DNA from: the human T2T-CHM13v2.0 reference genome, Homo sapiens
Strand: one strand, 5' to 3'
Length of the DNA stretch: 64,000 bases
Assembly (NCBI RefSeq): GCF_009914755.1
Contig: NC_060948.1
Below are positions 40,661 through 57,512 of this stretch, piece by piece; position 1 is the first letter of the stretch; the number at the start of each line of letters is the position of its first letter. The notes below the pieces were generated by a model. The model worked only from the letters and a program-made list of their open reading frames with translations. It searched no databases and was not told the origin of the DNA. The position numbers and the translations under genes were made by a program.

Positions 40661-41366
40661 ATTACTGTTTCAATCTCAATGCTTGTTACTGGCTTCTTCA
40701 GAATTTCTGTTTCTTCCTAAGTTAAGCTAGGGTGAATTATGTGTTTTCAGAAATCTAACGATTAGCTCTGGATTTTCTAGTTTGTTTGCATAGAGGTGCT
40801 CATAGCAGTTCGAATGATCTTTTGTATTTATGTAGTGACATTGTAATGTCTTTATTTTCATTTCTTATTCAGCTTATTTGAATATTCTCTTTTTTTCTTA
40901 GTTAATATACCTAGTAATTTGTCAATTTTGTTCATCTTTTCCAAGAACCAGCTTTTGTTCTATTGATCTTTTGCATATTTTGCTTCAATTTTATTTAGTT
41001 GTGCTCTGATATGTGTTTTTTCTTTTCTTCTACAAGTTTTGAGTTCGATTTGTTTTTGTTTCTCTAGTTCCTTGAGATGTGAGATGAGGTTGTCGAATTG
41101 TTATCTTTCAGACTTTCTGATGTAGGCATTTAGCAATATAAACATTCCTCTTAGCACTGCTTTTGCTATATCTCAGAGGTTTTGATAACTGTGTCAGTTA
41201 TATAACTCATTTTGAATAGTTTTAAAAATTTGCATCTTAATTTCATTTTTAATTCAATAATCATTTAGGAGCAGATTGTTTAATTTTTATGTATTTGTAT
41301 AGTTTTGAGTGTTTCTTTTGCAATTGATTTCTAGTTTTATTTTGCTGTGATTTAAGATACTTATCG

Positions 41367-44047
41367 CTTTAATACATAGTGCTGGGATAACTGGCTAGCC
41401 ACATGCAGAAGATTAAAACTGAACTCCTTCCTTACACCATATATAAAAACTAACTCAAGATACATTAAAGACTCAAATGTAAAACCCAAAACTACAAAAT
41501 CCCTGTAAGACAATGTAGGCAATACCATTCAGTTCATAGGCAGGGACAAAGATGTTATGACGAAGATTCTAAAAGCAATTGCAACAAAAGCAAAAATTGT
41601 CAAATGGAGTATGATTAAATTAAAGAGCTTCTGCACAGCAAAATAAACTACCAACAGACTAAACAGACATCCTACAGAATGGGATAACATTTTTTCAAAC
41701 TGTCCATCCTACAAAGGTCTAATATCCAGTGTCTAAACTTAAGCAAATGCACAGGTAAAAAACAACCTCATAAAAAGTGGGCAATGGACAAGAACAGAAA
41801 ATTTTCCAAAGAAGACATACATGCAGGCAACAATCATATGAGAAAAAGCACAACATCACTGATTATTAGAGAAATGCAAATCAAAATCACAATGAGATAC
41901 CATCTCACAGCAGTGAGAACGACTATTATTAAAAAGTCAAAAATAACAGATGCTGGCAAGGTTGTGGATAGAAAGAAATGCTCACACACTGTTGATGGGA
42001 GGGTAAATTAGTTTAACCATTGTGGAAGACAGTGACAATTTCTCAAAGACCTAAAGACAGAAATACCTTGTGACCCAGTAATCCCATTACTGGATACATA
42101 CCCAAAGGAATATCAATCATTCTCTTATAAAGACATGCATGTGTATGTTCATTACAGCACTATTCATAATAGCAAAGACATGAAATCAACCTAAATGTCC
42201 ACCAATGGTAGACTAGATAAAATGATGCATATACCTTATGAAATACTATGCAGCCATAAAAATGAATGAAACCATGTCCAAGATAACAGCTGGAGGCCAT
42301 TATCCTTAGAAAACTAACACAAGAACAGAAAATCAAATACAGGATGTTCTCACAAGTGGGAGCTCAATGATGAGAATACATGGACATGTAGAGGGAAACA
42401 ACACACACTAGGGCCTATCAAAAAGTGGAGGTTGGGAAGAGGGAGAAGATCAGGAAAAATAATAATTAATGGTGATATGGTTTGGCTGTGTCACCACCCA
42501 AATCTCATCTTGAATTCCCATGTGTGGTGGGAGAGACCCAGTGGGAGGTAAATGAATCATGGGGGCAGGTCTTTCCTGTGCTGTTCTGGTGATAGTGAAT
42601 AAGTCTCACAAGATCTGATGAGTGTACAAGGGGAAGTTTCCCTGCACAAGCTCTCTTCTCTCTGCCGCCATGTGAGAATGCGCCTTTCACCTTCAGCCAT
42701 GATTGTGAGGCCTCCTCGGACACGTGGAAATGTAAGTCCATTAAACCTCTTTCTTTTGTAAATTGCCCAGTCTCACCTAGGTCTTTATGAGCAGCATGAA
42801 AACAGACTAATATGGTAAATTGTGTGGTACCACTAGAGTAAGGCACTGCTGAAAAGTTACCCGAAAATGTGGAAGGGACTTTGGAACTGTGTAACAGGAA
42901 TGGGCTGGAACAGTTTGGAGGGCTCAGAAGAAGACAGAAAAATGTGGGAAAATTTGAACTTCTTAGAGACTTGGTGAATGGCTTTGACCAAAATGCTGAT
43001 AATGATATGGACAATAAACTCCATGCTGAGGTGATCTCAGATGGAAATGAGGAACTTGTTGGGAACTGGAGCAATGATGACTCTTGTTATGTTTTAGCAA
43101 AGAGACTAGTGGTATTTGCCCCTGCCCTAGGGTTTTGTAGAGCTTTTAACTTGAGAGAGATGATTCAGGGTATCTGGTGGAAGAAATTTCTAAGCATCAA
43201 AACATTCAAGGGGTGACCTGGGTGCTGTCAAAGGCATTCAGTTTTAAAAGGGAAACAGAGCATAAAAGTATAGAAAATTTGCACCCCGACAATGGAAAAG
43301 AAAAGAAAATCCAATTTTCTGAGGAGAAATTCAAGCTGGCTGCAGCAATTTGCATATGTAAGAAGTAGCCTAAGGTTAATCCCTAAGAAAATGGAGAAAA
43401 TGTCTCCAGGGCATTTCAGAGGGCTTCACAAAGACCCTCTCATCATAGACCTGGAGGCCTAGGAGGAACAAGTGGTTTCATGGGCCAGACCCAGAGTCCC
43501 TGTGCTGTGTGCAGCCTAGGGAATTGGTGCTCTGTGTCCCATTCACTCCAGCTGTGGCTGAAAGGGGCCAACATAGGGCTTTCACTGTGGCTGCACAGGG
43601 TGCAAGCCTCAAGCATTGGCAGCTTCCATGTGGTGTTGAGCCTGCCAGTGCACAGAAGTCAAGAACTGGGGTTTGGGAACCACCACCTACATTTCAGATA
43701 TATGGAAACACCTTGGAGATCTGAAGAGTATATAAGGGGGAGTTTCTTTTCTCTTTTCTTGCTCTCTTTTCTTGTCTGCCTCTATGTTAGAAGTGCCTTT
43801 CAACTTCTGCCATGATTGTGAGGCCTCTCCAGCCACGTTGAACTCTAAGTCCATTAAGCCTCTTTCTTTTGTAAATCGCCCAGTCTTGGGTAGGTCTTTA
43901 CCATCAGTGTGAAAATGGACTAATAAAAATGGGTACTAGGTTTAATACCTGGGTGATGAAATGATCTGTACAACAAACCCCCATGACACATTTACCTATG
44001 TAACAAACCTGAACGTGTATCCCTGAACTAAAAGTAAATCTTTAAAA
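41367..44047 (+). mobile_element. 5'-truncated L1PA13-15-like element interrupted by THE1
   Basis: ORF2 end ([16 protein letters not shown]) and 3' UTR …GATCAGGAAAAATAAT[THE1]AATGGGTACTAGGTTTAATACCTGGGTGATGAAAT…CCCCCATGACACA. Confidence 0.85.
42473..43927 (+). mobile_element. THE1B-like MaLR with an internal deletion: 5' LTR 42473-42814, internal to ~43715, partial 3' LTR ~43716-43927
   Basis: TGATATGGTTTGGCTGTGTC… to …GGACTAATAAA, with a perfect 5-bp TSD AATGG at 42468-72 and 43928-32. Confidence 0.92.
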
Positions 44048-47000
44048 CAATATTCTTTTCCCTTATAATTTTGAAATAAAAATAGAATATTTCTATAAAA
44101 AATTTTGATTTTGAAGAATTTATTGAGGCTTGTTGTGTGTCCTTTAATATGGTTTGTCTTGGAGAATGTTCTGTGTGCTGATGAGAAAAATGTATATTCT
44201 ACAGTACTTGAATATAATGATCTGTAAATGTTTGTTATAGCCAGTTGTTCTAGAGTACAGGTTAAGTCCAATGTTTCTTTGTTGACTTTCTGCCTTAATT
44301 ATCAACCTCATGCAGTCAATGGAGTGCTGAAGTCCCCCACTGTGATTGTGTTGTGGTCTCTTTACTCAGGTCTAGTAGTAATTGTTTTATGAATCTGATA
44401 GCTCAGAGATTAAGTGTATATATATTTATAATTGTGATATCTACTTATCAAGTTGATCCTTTCTTCATTATATAATGATCATCTTTGTCTTTTTTTTTTA
44501 ACTGTTGTTGCTTTGAAGTCTGTTTTATCTTACAAAAGAACAGCTATTCCTGCTTATTTTTGGTTTCAATTTGTGTGAAATATCTTTCTCCACCCCTTTG
44601 CCTTGAGTATATAAAAATCCTTATGTCTTAGGTACATTTCCTGAAGAAAGCAGATATTTGGTTTACGTATTTTCAGCTAGTCTATCTGTATTTTTTTAAT
44701 GAAATATTTAGACCATTTAAATTCTACATAAATACTGAGCTCAGAGGTTCCATGCCAGTCATCATGTTGATTTTTACCTAGTAACTTCGTTTTCTTCATT
44801 GTGGTATTGTTTTAAGACTGGTAGTTTTTATGCTTTCAGGAGTTTTTATTCTGGTGTGTATTGACCTTTTATTTGAAGATGTAGAACTCCTTTTAGAATT
44901 TATTGTAAAACTGATATAACATTGACAAATTTCCTCAGTATTTGCTTGTCTGAGAAAAACTTTATTTCATCTTCATTTATAAAATAGTTTTGCTGGATAC
45001 AAAATTCTTGGCTTACAGTTATTCAGTTTAAGGAGATTAAAGACAGGACTACAATCACTTCTGGCTTGTAAGGTTTCTGCTGAGAAGTCTGCAGTTAGTC
45101 TGATAGTTTTCCTTTTAGGTTACCTGGCGTTTTTGTCTCATTGCTCTTAGAATTCTTTCTTTCACATGGATTTTAGATAGCCTGATAACTGATAAGATAG
45201 CTTGTGATGCCCTTTTCTCAATAAGTCTCACAGGAGTTTAAGCTTCTTATATTTGTGTGTCTAAAAACTCTAGGGAGACGAGGAAAGTTTGTCTTAATTA
45301 TTTCCTCAAATAGGTTTGTCAAACATTTTGCTTTTTCTTTTCCCTAAGAACACCTATAATTCTTAGATTTGGGCATTTTACATAATCCCATTTTTCTTGC
45401 AGATGTTGTTAATTTCTTTTAATTCTTTTTAAAAATTTTTTTGTCTGTTTGCATTAATTTGAATGCCTTGTCTTTGATCTCTGAAATTTCTTCTTCTACT
45501 TGTTCTAGTTGAATGTTAAAACTTTCCATTGCAGTTTGTATTTCCCTAATTGTTTCTTCTATTTCCAGAAGGTCTGATTGGTTTTTCTTCAAAGTAGCTA
45601 TCTCTTTAGAAAATTTTTTATTTGGATCCTGAATTAAAAAAAAAAATTCTTTAAGTTGGTTTTAACCTTTCTCTTCTGTCCTCAAGTAAGTTAGTAACCA
45701 AACTTTTGAATTTTTATCTGGTATTCCAAATATTTTATTTTGATTTGGATCTACTGCTGGAGAGTTATTTGGGGAGAAGGAATTATATAGGATCTTGTTT
45801 TTTCATATTGCTAGAAATACTTATTTGGTTCCTTCTCATTTGGGTAAACCTTTTCTTTTCATTATTTTGAATTTATTTTTTATTCAACTAGGTTTTCTAT
45901 TTTTTTCCCCTTGAGGATGTGACATTAATGTTTATAGTTTATTGTCACCTAGTTTTGACTCTGGGTGATTTCATTGGAGAAGTCTCAATTTGAGTTCCTT
46001 AGTTATAGACAAATTTTGTGTCATGTCTTCTCTGACGCTGGTTGTGTTAGTGTTATGCTGGGTGTACGAGAAGGTTCACTGTCTCCTGTTTGGCTGAAGT
46101 GGCAGAGGCCTCATGAAGCTTATCTTGTTTCCCAGTGGTGTGCATTTTTAACCTTTTTCCCCAATATTTTTTTCACTGGGTTGGACAGTTCAGAACTCAG
46201 GCCAGTAGGAGTTGCCCAAGGATAAAACTCAGCAGTGGCTAAAGCAGGTGAGTAAATGCAAATACCCCAATGGTGGGAAGAGGTCCCAGCTTTTAGAGAT
46301 GTTGCTATGAAAATTCTCAGTAAAATGCAATGTGGTATTTTAAGGGGGAAGAGAGGAAGCTACCGCAGCTCTTCTTCCAGGCCTCAGAAAAACAATTTGC
46401 CTCTCAATTACATTCCTGATCAGTGTTCTGGCTATTCAGATAAGGCAGGCACCTCTATTCATCTATAGGAAGGCTGCTGTTCCATGAAGATAGAGATTTT
46501 GCCTTTACCTATAGTGCAAGCTGAACCTGTAAGGCACATTTCCTTTGGGGATGCAGTCACCCTGAAGTGATCCAGAAAGGCTGCCTGCAGATGGGCCCAT
46601 GACAATTTCCCATGGTAGACACCTGAGTTGTAACTGCAGTGGTGGGTAAGGGGGAGAATAAGTCTCCTCCTCCCAGATCCTACACAAGAATGATGGGTGC
46701 TTAACTGTTGGAACCAAACCACAGTCTTTTCCCACTGAGCCCAGCATTGCACTTGTGCCTCCACTGAAGAAAACTTCCCACACATGGAAAATTCAGAGAT
46801 GCAAAGCCTTTGGTCTGGTTTCTTTTATCCAATTGGGTGCTCCCTTAATGTGGTATTCTCCCCATTCACTAGGATTAGCAGTCCCTGAGTGCAAGACTAC
46901 TGTGAATCCTGTTGCTTCTCTGGGCCTAGCTACCCAGTTGGGCTGCCACACTCTAGGCCAGTGCTGAGAAATGTCTGCAAGGGATCTGGTGATGTGACCT

Positions 47001-48415
47001 GTCCTCAAGTCTCCCAGCAGTGTTTACAAGCACCCTCTCTGATGCAGGTTGGAGGTGAATGATGTAGACTCTCAGATTTCCTTAATTATAAATAGCCTTA
47101 GCATGCTGGCTTTCTCAAATGCCAGCAGTAGTAGTATTCACATGCAGACTCAAGATCTCTTGTTCATCAGGGTGATGCAGGCATTGGAAATAGCTGAGGT
47201 TATGCAAATGTCTTCTTCTTGAGTGCTGTGTTACTGTGCCTGCAGATGTAATGGGCTTTGCTGGTTGGCCTCTAGCCAGGAGGTGGCAGGTGCAAAAGAG
47301 GACCACCTACACCGAGAACAGTAGAATGTGTTCTTGCTTCATGTTACCCACGGGAGGTACTCTGGTGCCTCAGGCAATAAGCAGGGCAATGGATATCCCA
47401 AATATCCCCGTCCATCATGTTACACTACCAGGGTGGTGAAGGGACAAAGCTGGGTTGGGGGTGTGTCAGGCAGGGCTGTCCTCTGGCTCCCAACGTGCAG
47501 CCACAAGCAGTTGTCCTAATGGAGATTAGATGGCAGTTCCCTGGCTGCTGGAGTAATGTTCCAGGGAGGAGCACAACTACCTCTGTTGCACGGAAGAATC
47601 TGCACTAAGAGCAGGGTACAGCAGGTGGCAGTAAGCCCCACTCAGCTACTACACACTTGGCAGGGCAGTTCTCATATCCAGAGTTATGCCAACAACAGCT
47701 ATCTGGATTCCAGGTAGCCTGAGCTCAGAACTCAAAACTGCCCCAGGCCATAAGCCTTTTCCCAGGAAGACTGAAACTGTGGCTTCAGGCCATGCCGCTC
47801 TCTATATGCCCATGAAGCAGTGACACCCAGGGTCACGGAACTCCTGCACCTATGGCTGTAGCACACTTCCTGCTCTCCCCTCGGTTCTGGCCAATGGTAT
47901 TCATCCCCACTCAAGATTACATCGCAAATCTCTTGTTGGGAGTGTCTCTGGACTGCAGCCTGAGCTAGCTGGCAGACTTCCATGAGGTCCCCTGAGAGGT
48001 AGGAACAGAAATGGCTTCTCTCCATCCTCACTGGATTCTAAGAGTGCAAACAAAGCATGCTGCTTCTCATATATTCTCCACTGTTCACTAAATCAGTTCC
48101 AGTGTGGGATAGAGTTATGGCCTTCCCGCATGGCCAGGATTGCCCAGCTACTTTGTGGGAGTGTATGTCATAGCAGCAGTGTCTCCATATTTCATGCAGT
48201 GGAGACTCACGGTTTTCCTTCTGGTTCATATTGTAGGCTGCTGCCTGCTGCTTCTTTCAAAGAGTCTGTGGTTTTGTTCAGTTTTTCTGTTAATTTCTTG
48301 TGTTGCTTCTTGGAAAAAATTTCAAAACATGAACCTGTACACACTATTTTGTTTTACAAGTGAGAGAGGCATGCTAACAATACTGCTAATCTGACCCCTT
48401 GGGGATGAAAAACCC

Positions 48416-50950
<2,535 letters not shown>

Positions 50951-51517
50951 AACTTCTCACACTACTGTTTTGGAACTAAATTCTCTAAAATTTGTTTTTA
51001 AAATTTGAAGAAATGGCAAGTGAAAACAAAAGTTAATTCTTGAAAAATAAGAATGAAATAGGAAACTCTGAAGAGTAAGATAAGAAAAACAGTTAAAAAC
51101 ATGTCAAATAAGGGATGAGAAAGACAATATACTCACAGATTTTGAAGTTACTGAAACATTTTAAATGTGGAACATTATTCAAGAAATTTTGAAATCTGGA
51201 GGAAATTATTTTATTTCAAATATAAATTACCAAAATTGACTTTAAAATATTCTACACAAAGCTGAAGTAACTAAAAACAGCATAGTACTGATATAAAAAG
51301 AGACAAATACACCAATGGAACAGAATAGAGAATCTAGAAATAAATCCATGTGTTGACAGCCAACTGACTTTTCACAATGGCACCAAGAACATACATTATG
51401 GAAAGGACAATCTTTTTAATAAATGGTGCTAGGAAAACAAGAAATCCATACGCAGAAGAATGAAACTAGACTCCTGTCTCTCACCTCATACAAAAATCGA
51501 CTCAAAATGGATTAAAA

Positions 51518-51699
51518 AGCTGGGTGCAGTAGCATAAGCTTGTAGTCCCAGCTACTCAAGAGATTGAAGCAGGAGAATCACTTGAGCCTAGAAGCTTGAA
51601 GCTGTAGTGCTCTATGATTGTACTTGTGGCTGGCTAGTCACTGCACTGCATTCTGAGCAACAGAGTGTGACCCCATCTCTCATCTCTAAAAATATTTAA
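51518..51699 (+). mobile_element. FAM (fossil Alu monomer)
   Basis: Monomer with the FAM-diagnostic GCTGTAGTGCTCTATGAT…CACTGCACT; TSD AAAATGGATTAAA at 51504-16 and 51700-12. Confidence 0.8.
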
Positions 51700-52794
51700 A
51701 AAATGGATTAAAGACTTAACATGAGAATCAAAACTATAAAACAACTAGGAGGACACATAGGTAAAATGCTTTAGGACACTGGTCTGGAAAAAAAAATGTC
51801 TGAATAAGACCTCAGAAGTACAAGCAACAAAAGGGAAAACTGACAAATGGGGTTACATCAAACTAAAACACTTCTGCACAGCAAAGGAAACAATCCACAG
51901 AGTGAAGGCAAAACCTGAAGAATAGAAAAAAATATATTTGCAAAATATTTATCTGACAAGAGATTAATATTCAGGATATAAACAGAACTCAACAGCAAAA
52001 AATACAAATAATTCAATTATGAAATACACAAATAATCAAATAGACATTTCTCAAATGAAGACATACAAATGACCAATAAGTATATTAAAGAATGTGCAAC
52101 ATTCTTAATTATCAGGAAATGCAAATCAAAACTGCAAGGAAAAATTATCTCGACACAGTTAGAATGGCTATTATCAAAGACAAAAACTAACAAATGCTGA
52201 TGATAATATGGAAAAACAGGAATGCTTTCATACTGTCAGTAGCAATGTAAAATAGTACACCCGACATGGAAAACAATATGGAGGTTCCTCAAAAAAACTA
52301 AAACTGGAACTACCATATTAACCAGCAATTCCGCTACTGAGTATGTATCCAAAGGAACAGATATCTGCACTCCCATGTTTATTGCAGCACTCTTCACAAT
52401 AGCCAAGATTTAGAATCAACCTAAGTGTCCATCAACAGATGAATGGGTAAATAAAATATGGTATATATAGACAATGAAATACTCTTCAGCCATAAGAATA
52501 AAATCCTTCATTTGTGGCAACATGGATGGAACTGGAGGACATTATGTTAAGTGAAATAAACCAGGCACAGAAAGATAAATACTGCATATTCTGTCTTATA
52601 CGTTGGAGGTAAAAAAAAGTTCTCACATTGAAGTAGAAAGTACAATAGTAGTTACTAGATGCTGGGACGGAAAAGAGCAGGAAATACGAAGATGTTGGTT
52701 AAGAAAATACAAGTTACAGGTAGATAGGAGGAATAAGTTCTAGAACTCTACAGCCCTGTAGGGTTACTATAATTAACTATAACTTATTGCATTT

Positions 52795-53533
<739 letters not shown>

Positions 53534-53954
53534 AATTTATTGTATATTTTTAAATAGCTAGAATAAAAGAATTGTCACATTCCCAACACAAGGAAACAGT
53601 AAATGTTTGAGGTGATGGAAATGCTAATTCCTCTGATGTAATCATTACACATTGTACGTATCAAAATATTACACTGCATCTCATAAATATGTACAATTAT
53701 GTGTTAATTAAAATTTTAAAAAATTAATGTGGATCTAAAATCTGGAAAAATTAATTTATTTCACTGCAAATATAATTACCAAAACTGACTGAGGAAATGG
53801 TAAAATATCTAGACGTTAAAGTAATCTCAGAAGACAGAGCAAAGGCAATTTAAATGCAATTTAAAACCAATTTCTTTAAAAAGAGATCAGGCTTAGATTA
53901 TTTTGCAATTCAATTGCATATAACAGTTTGGGCACATAAAACCATAAAACTCCT

Positions 53955-55232
53955 ATTTTTTATTTAGATTTGGTTCATGTACAAAAAAACGCTGTACATA
54001 TTTTATATATACATCTTGGTGAGTTTGAAGATAAGTATATGCCTATAAAATTATCACCATAAACAATGCCATAAACTTAGTCAAAACCTATAAAAGTTTC
54101 CCCTCTTTTTTTGTGATAAGGATATTTAACATAAGATCTACTCTTTTCACCAATTTTTAATTACACAATACAGTATTGATGACTACATGTGCTATTCTGT
54201 ATAGCAAATCTCTAGGACTTATTCATATAGCCTAACTGAAAGTATGTACTCTTTGACCAACACGTCCCTTATCCACACTATACCCCAGCCCCTGGTAACC
54301 ACCATTCTATTTTTTGCCTCTATGAATTTGCCTGTTTTAGATATCTCATATAAATGAATTCATATAGTATTTGTTCTTCTGTGTCTGTCTTATTTCACAT
54401 AGAATGCTATCCTCCAAGTTTATTTACATTGTAGCAAATGGTAAGATTTTGTTCTTTTTTAAGGCTGAATAATATTCCATTTTATGTATAGGTCACATTT
54501 TCTTTATCCATTCATCTGTTGATGGATATTTAGGTTCTTTCCATGTCTTGATCATTATAAATAGTGCTGAAGTAAGTGAAAGAATGCAGATATTTCTGTA
54601 AAACTCTGATTTCAATTCTTTAGGGTAATATATTCAGAAGTAGTATTCATGGATCATATGGTAGTTCTGCTTTTAATTTTTTGAGAATCCTTCATAGTAG
54701 CTATACTAATTTACATTCATACCAATAGTGTACAAGGGTTTGTTCTCTCTACATACTCATCAACATTTATTTTATTTTCCTTCTTTTATATTTAATAATA
54801 GCCAACCTAAGAGATGTGAGGTGATTTTTTCTTATGGTTTTGGTTTGCATTTTCCTGTTGAGCAGCATCTCATATACTGTTGTCCATTTGTATGTCTTTT
54901 TTGGAGAAATGTTTATTCAGGTGTCTTACTAATTTTTAAATAAGTTTATTGGTTTTATATCTGCTACTAAGTTGTAGGAGTTTCTTATATATTTTGGATA
55001 TTAAGCCTTTATCAGATATATGGCTTGCAAATATTTTCTCCCATGCCATAGGTTTTTTTTTTAATTATTATTTTTCTTTATTTTGCTGGATGTTTCTTGT
55101 GCTGTGCAGAAGCTGTTAAGTTTAATGTACTTCCCTTTGTGTATGCTTTTGTTTCCTGTGTTTTTGGTATTATATCCAAGAAATCATCGCTAAGGCCAAT
55201 GTCAACACGCTTTTCCCTTGTGTTTTCTTCTA
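53955..55232 (-). mobile_element. L1MA9/10-L1MB1-like 3' fragment
   Basis: Reverse 3' UTR (ATTTAACATAAGATCTACTCT…ACAATACAGTATTG…TCTCTAGGACTTATTCAT) and ORF2 end. Confidence 0.7.
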
Positions 55233-55234
55233 AG

Positions 55235-57510
55235 AAAACTTCCACATTATCCAAACTCATTCCATCTGTAAGAAACTATTTAAAATCTCCATAATTCATC
55301 ATATGAAACTAAAAAAATTTTTCTACTTAAAACTAAAAACAGTAGTGCAAAATAAGAAAATGGTAGCAAATGTAATTAAAAATGTAAGTGAAAAAATTTA
55401 AAACAAATCTTAGTCAATCAAATTGAGTAATAAATGAAGAGAATAATACCATGATGTCTGAATATGTTTTATTTCTTAAATGCAAAATTTGGTGTTTTTT
55501 TTAAGAAAATCTGTCTAAAGAATTCACTCTATCAATAAATTTAAGGGGAAATATATGATTGCATCAATAGATGTCAAAATAAACATTCAACTAAAATAAA
55601 AATTTAGGTACAAATTAAAAGGAACTGTGAAAATTGATAAATACATTTTGCCACAAAACTAGGAGCAAACATAGTTTATAATGCAATACGAATTTTCATT
55701 GCTGTCAGAAAAAGATTGATAGCTGCCATCCTCAGTATTATTCAACAATATTTTTGGAGATTTTAGCTGATGCAATGCAATAAGCAAATGAAACATTCAG
55801 TATAAATGTTGAAAAAATTTTTAAACACTCAAAAATAAAAGTATTCTAGTAATTCAAAAGACACTTCTTTCTGTTATTAGAATTAAGACAATTTGATGGT
55901 ACAATTATTATTAATTTTTTGTGATCAAATTTTTATCATAAAAAATCAATATATACATTTTTGTATACTACCCTACTAAAAACAGAAGAAAAATATCTCA
56001 TTCACACTAATAACACCACCATCAAATACTTTGTAATAAATTTCAAAAAAATGGGACAAAATCTACGTGAATCTATAAAATTTAATAGAAAACATAAAAA
56101 CAAATCTGTCTAAATGGAAGAACAAGCCATGGTCTCAGATGAGAAGATATAATACCATCAAAATATGAAGACCTTGTAATGTAATACATTTCTTTACTGC
56201 ATCCAGTAATAATAACTCCCAAAGGAGTTATTATTTTGGGAATCTTCATAAAAATATTATTCTTTTTATTTTACTTTAAGTTCTGAGATACATGTGCTGA
56301 ATGTGCATGTTTGGTACATAGGTATACATGTGCCATGGTGGTTTTCTGCACCTATCAACCCGTCATTTAGGTTTTAAGCCCCATATGCATTAGGTATTTG
56401 TCCTAATGCTCTCCCTCTCCTTTTCCCCCACCCACTGACAGGCCACGTTGTGTGATGTTCCCCTCCCTGTGTCCATGGGTTCTCATTGTTCACCTACCAC
56501 TTATGAGTGAGAACATGTGGTGTTTGGTTTTCTGTCCCCATGTTAGTTTGCTGAGGATGATGGTTTCCAGCTTCATCTATGTCCCTGCAAAGGACATGAA
56601 CTCATTCTTTTTTATGGCTGCATAGTGTTCCATGGTGTATATGTGCCACATTTTCTTTATCCAGTCTATCATTGGTGGGCTTTTGGGTTGGTTCCAAGTC
56701 TTTGCTATTGTAAATAGTGCTGAAATGAACATACATGTGCATGTGTCTTTATAGTAGAATGATTTATAATCCTTTGGGTATACACCCAGTAATGGGATTG
56801 CTGGATCAAATGGTATTTCTGGTTTTAGATCCTTGAGGAATTGCTGCACTGTCTTCCACAATGGTTGAACTAATTTACACTCCCACCAACAGCGTAAAAG
56901 CATTCCTATTTCTCCACATCCTTGTCAGCATCTGCTGTTTCCTGATTTTTTAATGATCGCCATTCTAACTGGCATGAGATGGTACCTCACTGTGGTTTCA
57001 ATTTGCATTTTTCTAATGACCAGTGATGATGAGGGTTTTTTCATGTTTCTTGGCCACATGGGCAAATACTTCATAACTAAAACACCATAAGCAATTGCAA
57101 CAAAAGCCAAAATTGACAAATGGGATGTAATTAAACTAAAGAGCTTCTGCTCAGCAAAAGAAACTATCATCAGAGTGAACAGGCAACCTTACAGAATGGG
57201 AGAAATTTTTTGCAATCTATTCATCTGACCGAGGTCTAATATCCAGAATCTACAAGGTACTTAAACAAATTTACAAGAAAAAAGCAAATAACCCCATCAA
57301 AAAGTGGGTGAAGCACATAAAATTACTTTAAAATTCAAGCAAATATTTTCTTAAAAATAAGATTAATAAGGAGAGAGAATTGCCTCACCAGATGTAAAAA
57401 TTTACTATACAAATATAGTCCATGTGATATGATATGACTCTGAGACAGAAATAGAAAAATAGAACTTTGAAAGTTAAAGATTAGAGGGAAATAGATCCAA
57501 GTACATATAT
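55235..57510 (+). mobile_element. Highly decayed L1ME-like ORF2 host sequence (also ~51000-51245 and ~53730-53950)
   Basis: A-rich sequence with residual ORF2 motifs (ATCAATAGATGTCAAAATAAACATT; GTATTATTCAACA; TAAATGGAAGAACAAGCCATG). Confidence 0.45.
56258..57313 (-). mobile_element. L1PA7/8-like 5'-truncated element with a 5' inversion (twin priming)
   Basis: Minus-strand 3' part 56258-57059 (ORF2 C-terminus LLRCWWECKLVQPLWK…) joined at CATG to a plus-strand segment 57057-57313; degenerate TSD CATAAAAATATT / CATAAAATTACT at 56247 and 57316. Confidence 0.9.
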
Positions 57511-57512
57511 AA

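Larger units (their letters stand above)
39795..48415 (-). mobile_element. L1PB/L1PA16-17-like element (5' UTR, ORF1, ORF2 to mid-RT, 3' end missing), split by an L1PA13-15 insertion at ~41363-44096
   Basis: Minus-strand ORF2 remnants ([43 protein letters not shown]; YSSTVEYTFFSSAHRTFSKTNH). The register is continuous across 41362/44097, and the GC-richer 5' UTR at ~45950-48410 ends …GAGGCATGCTAAC…TAATCTGACCCCTTGG. Confidence 0.8.

Noticed and set aside
42505-43074. 189-aa minus-strand ORF
   Set aside because: It is an antisense read-through of THE1 LTR and internal sequence with no protein-like signature.
43824-43836. PRDM9 13-mer hotspot motif in the THE1B LTRs
   Set aside because: The sites read CCTCTCCAGCCAC (3' LTR) and CCTCCTCGGACAC (5' LTR); each has two mismatches to CCNCCNTNNCCNC, including the key T.
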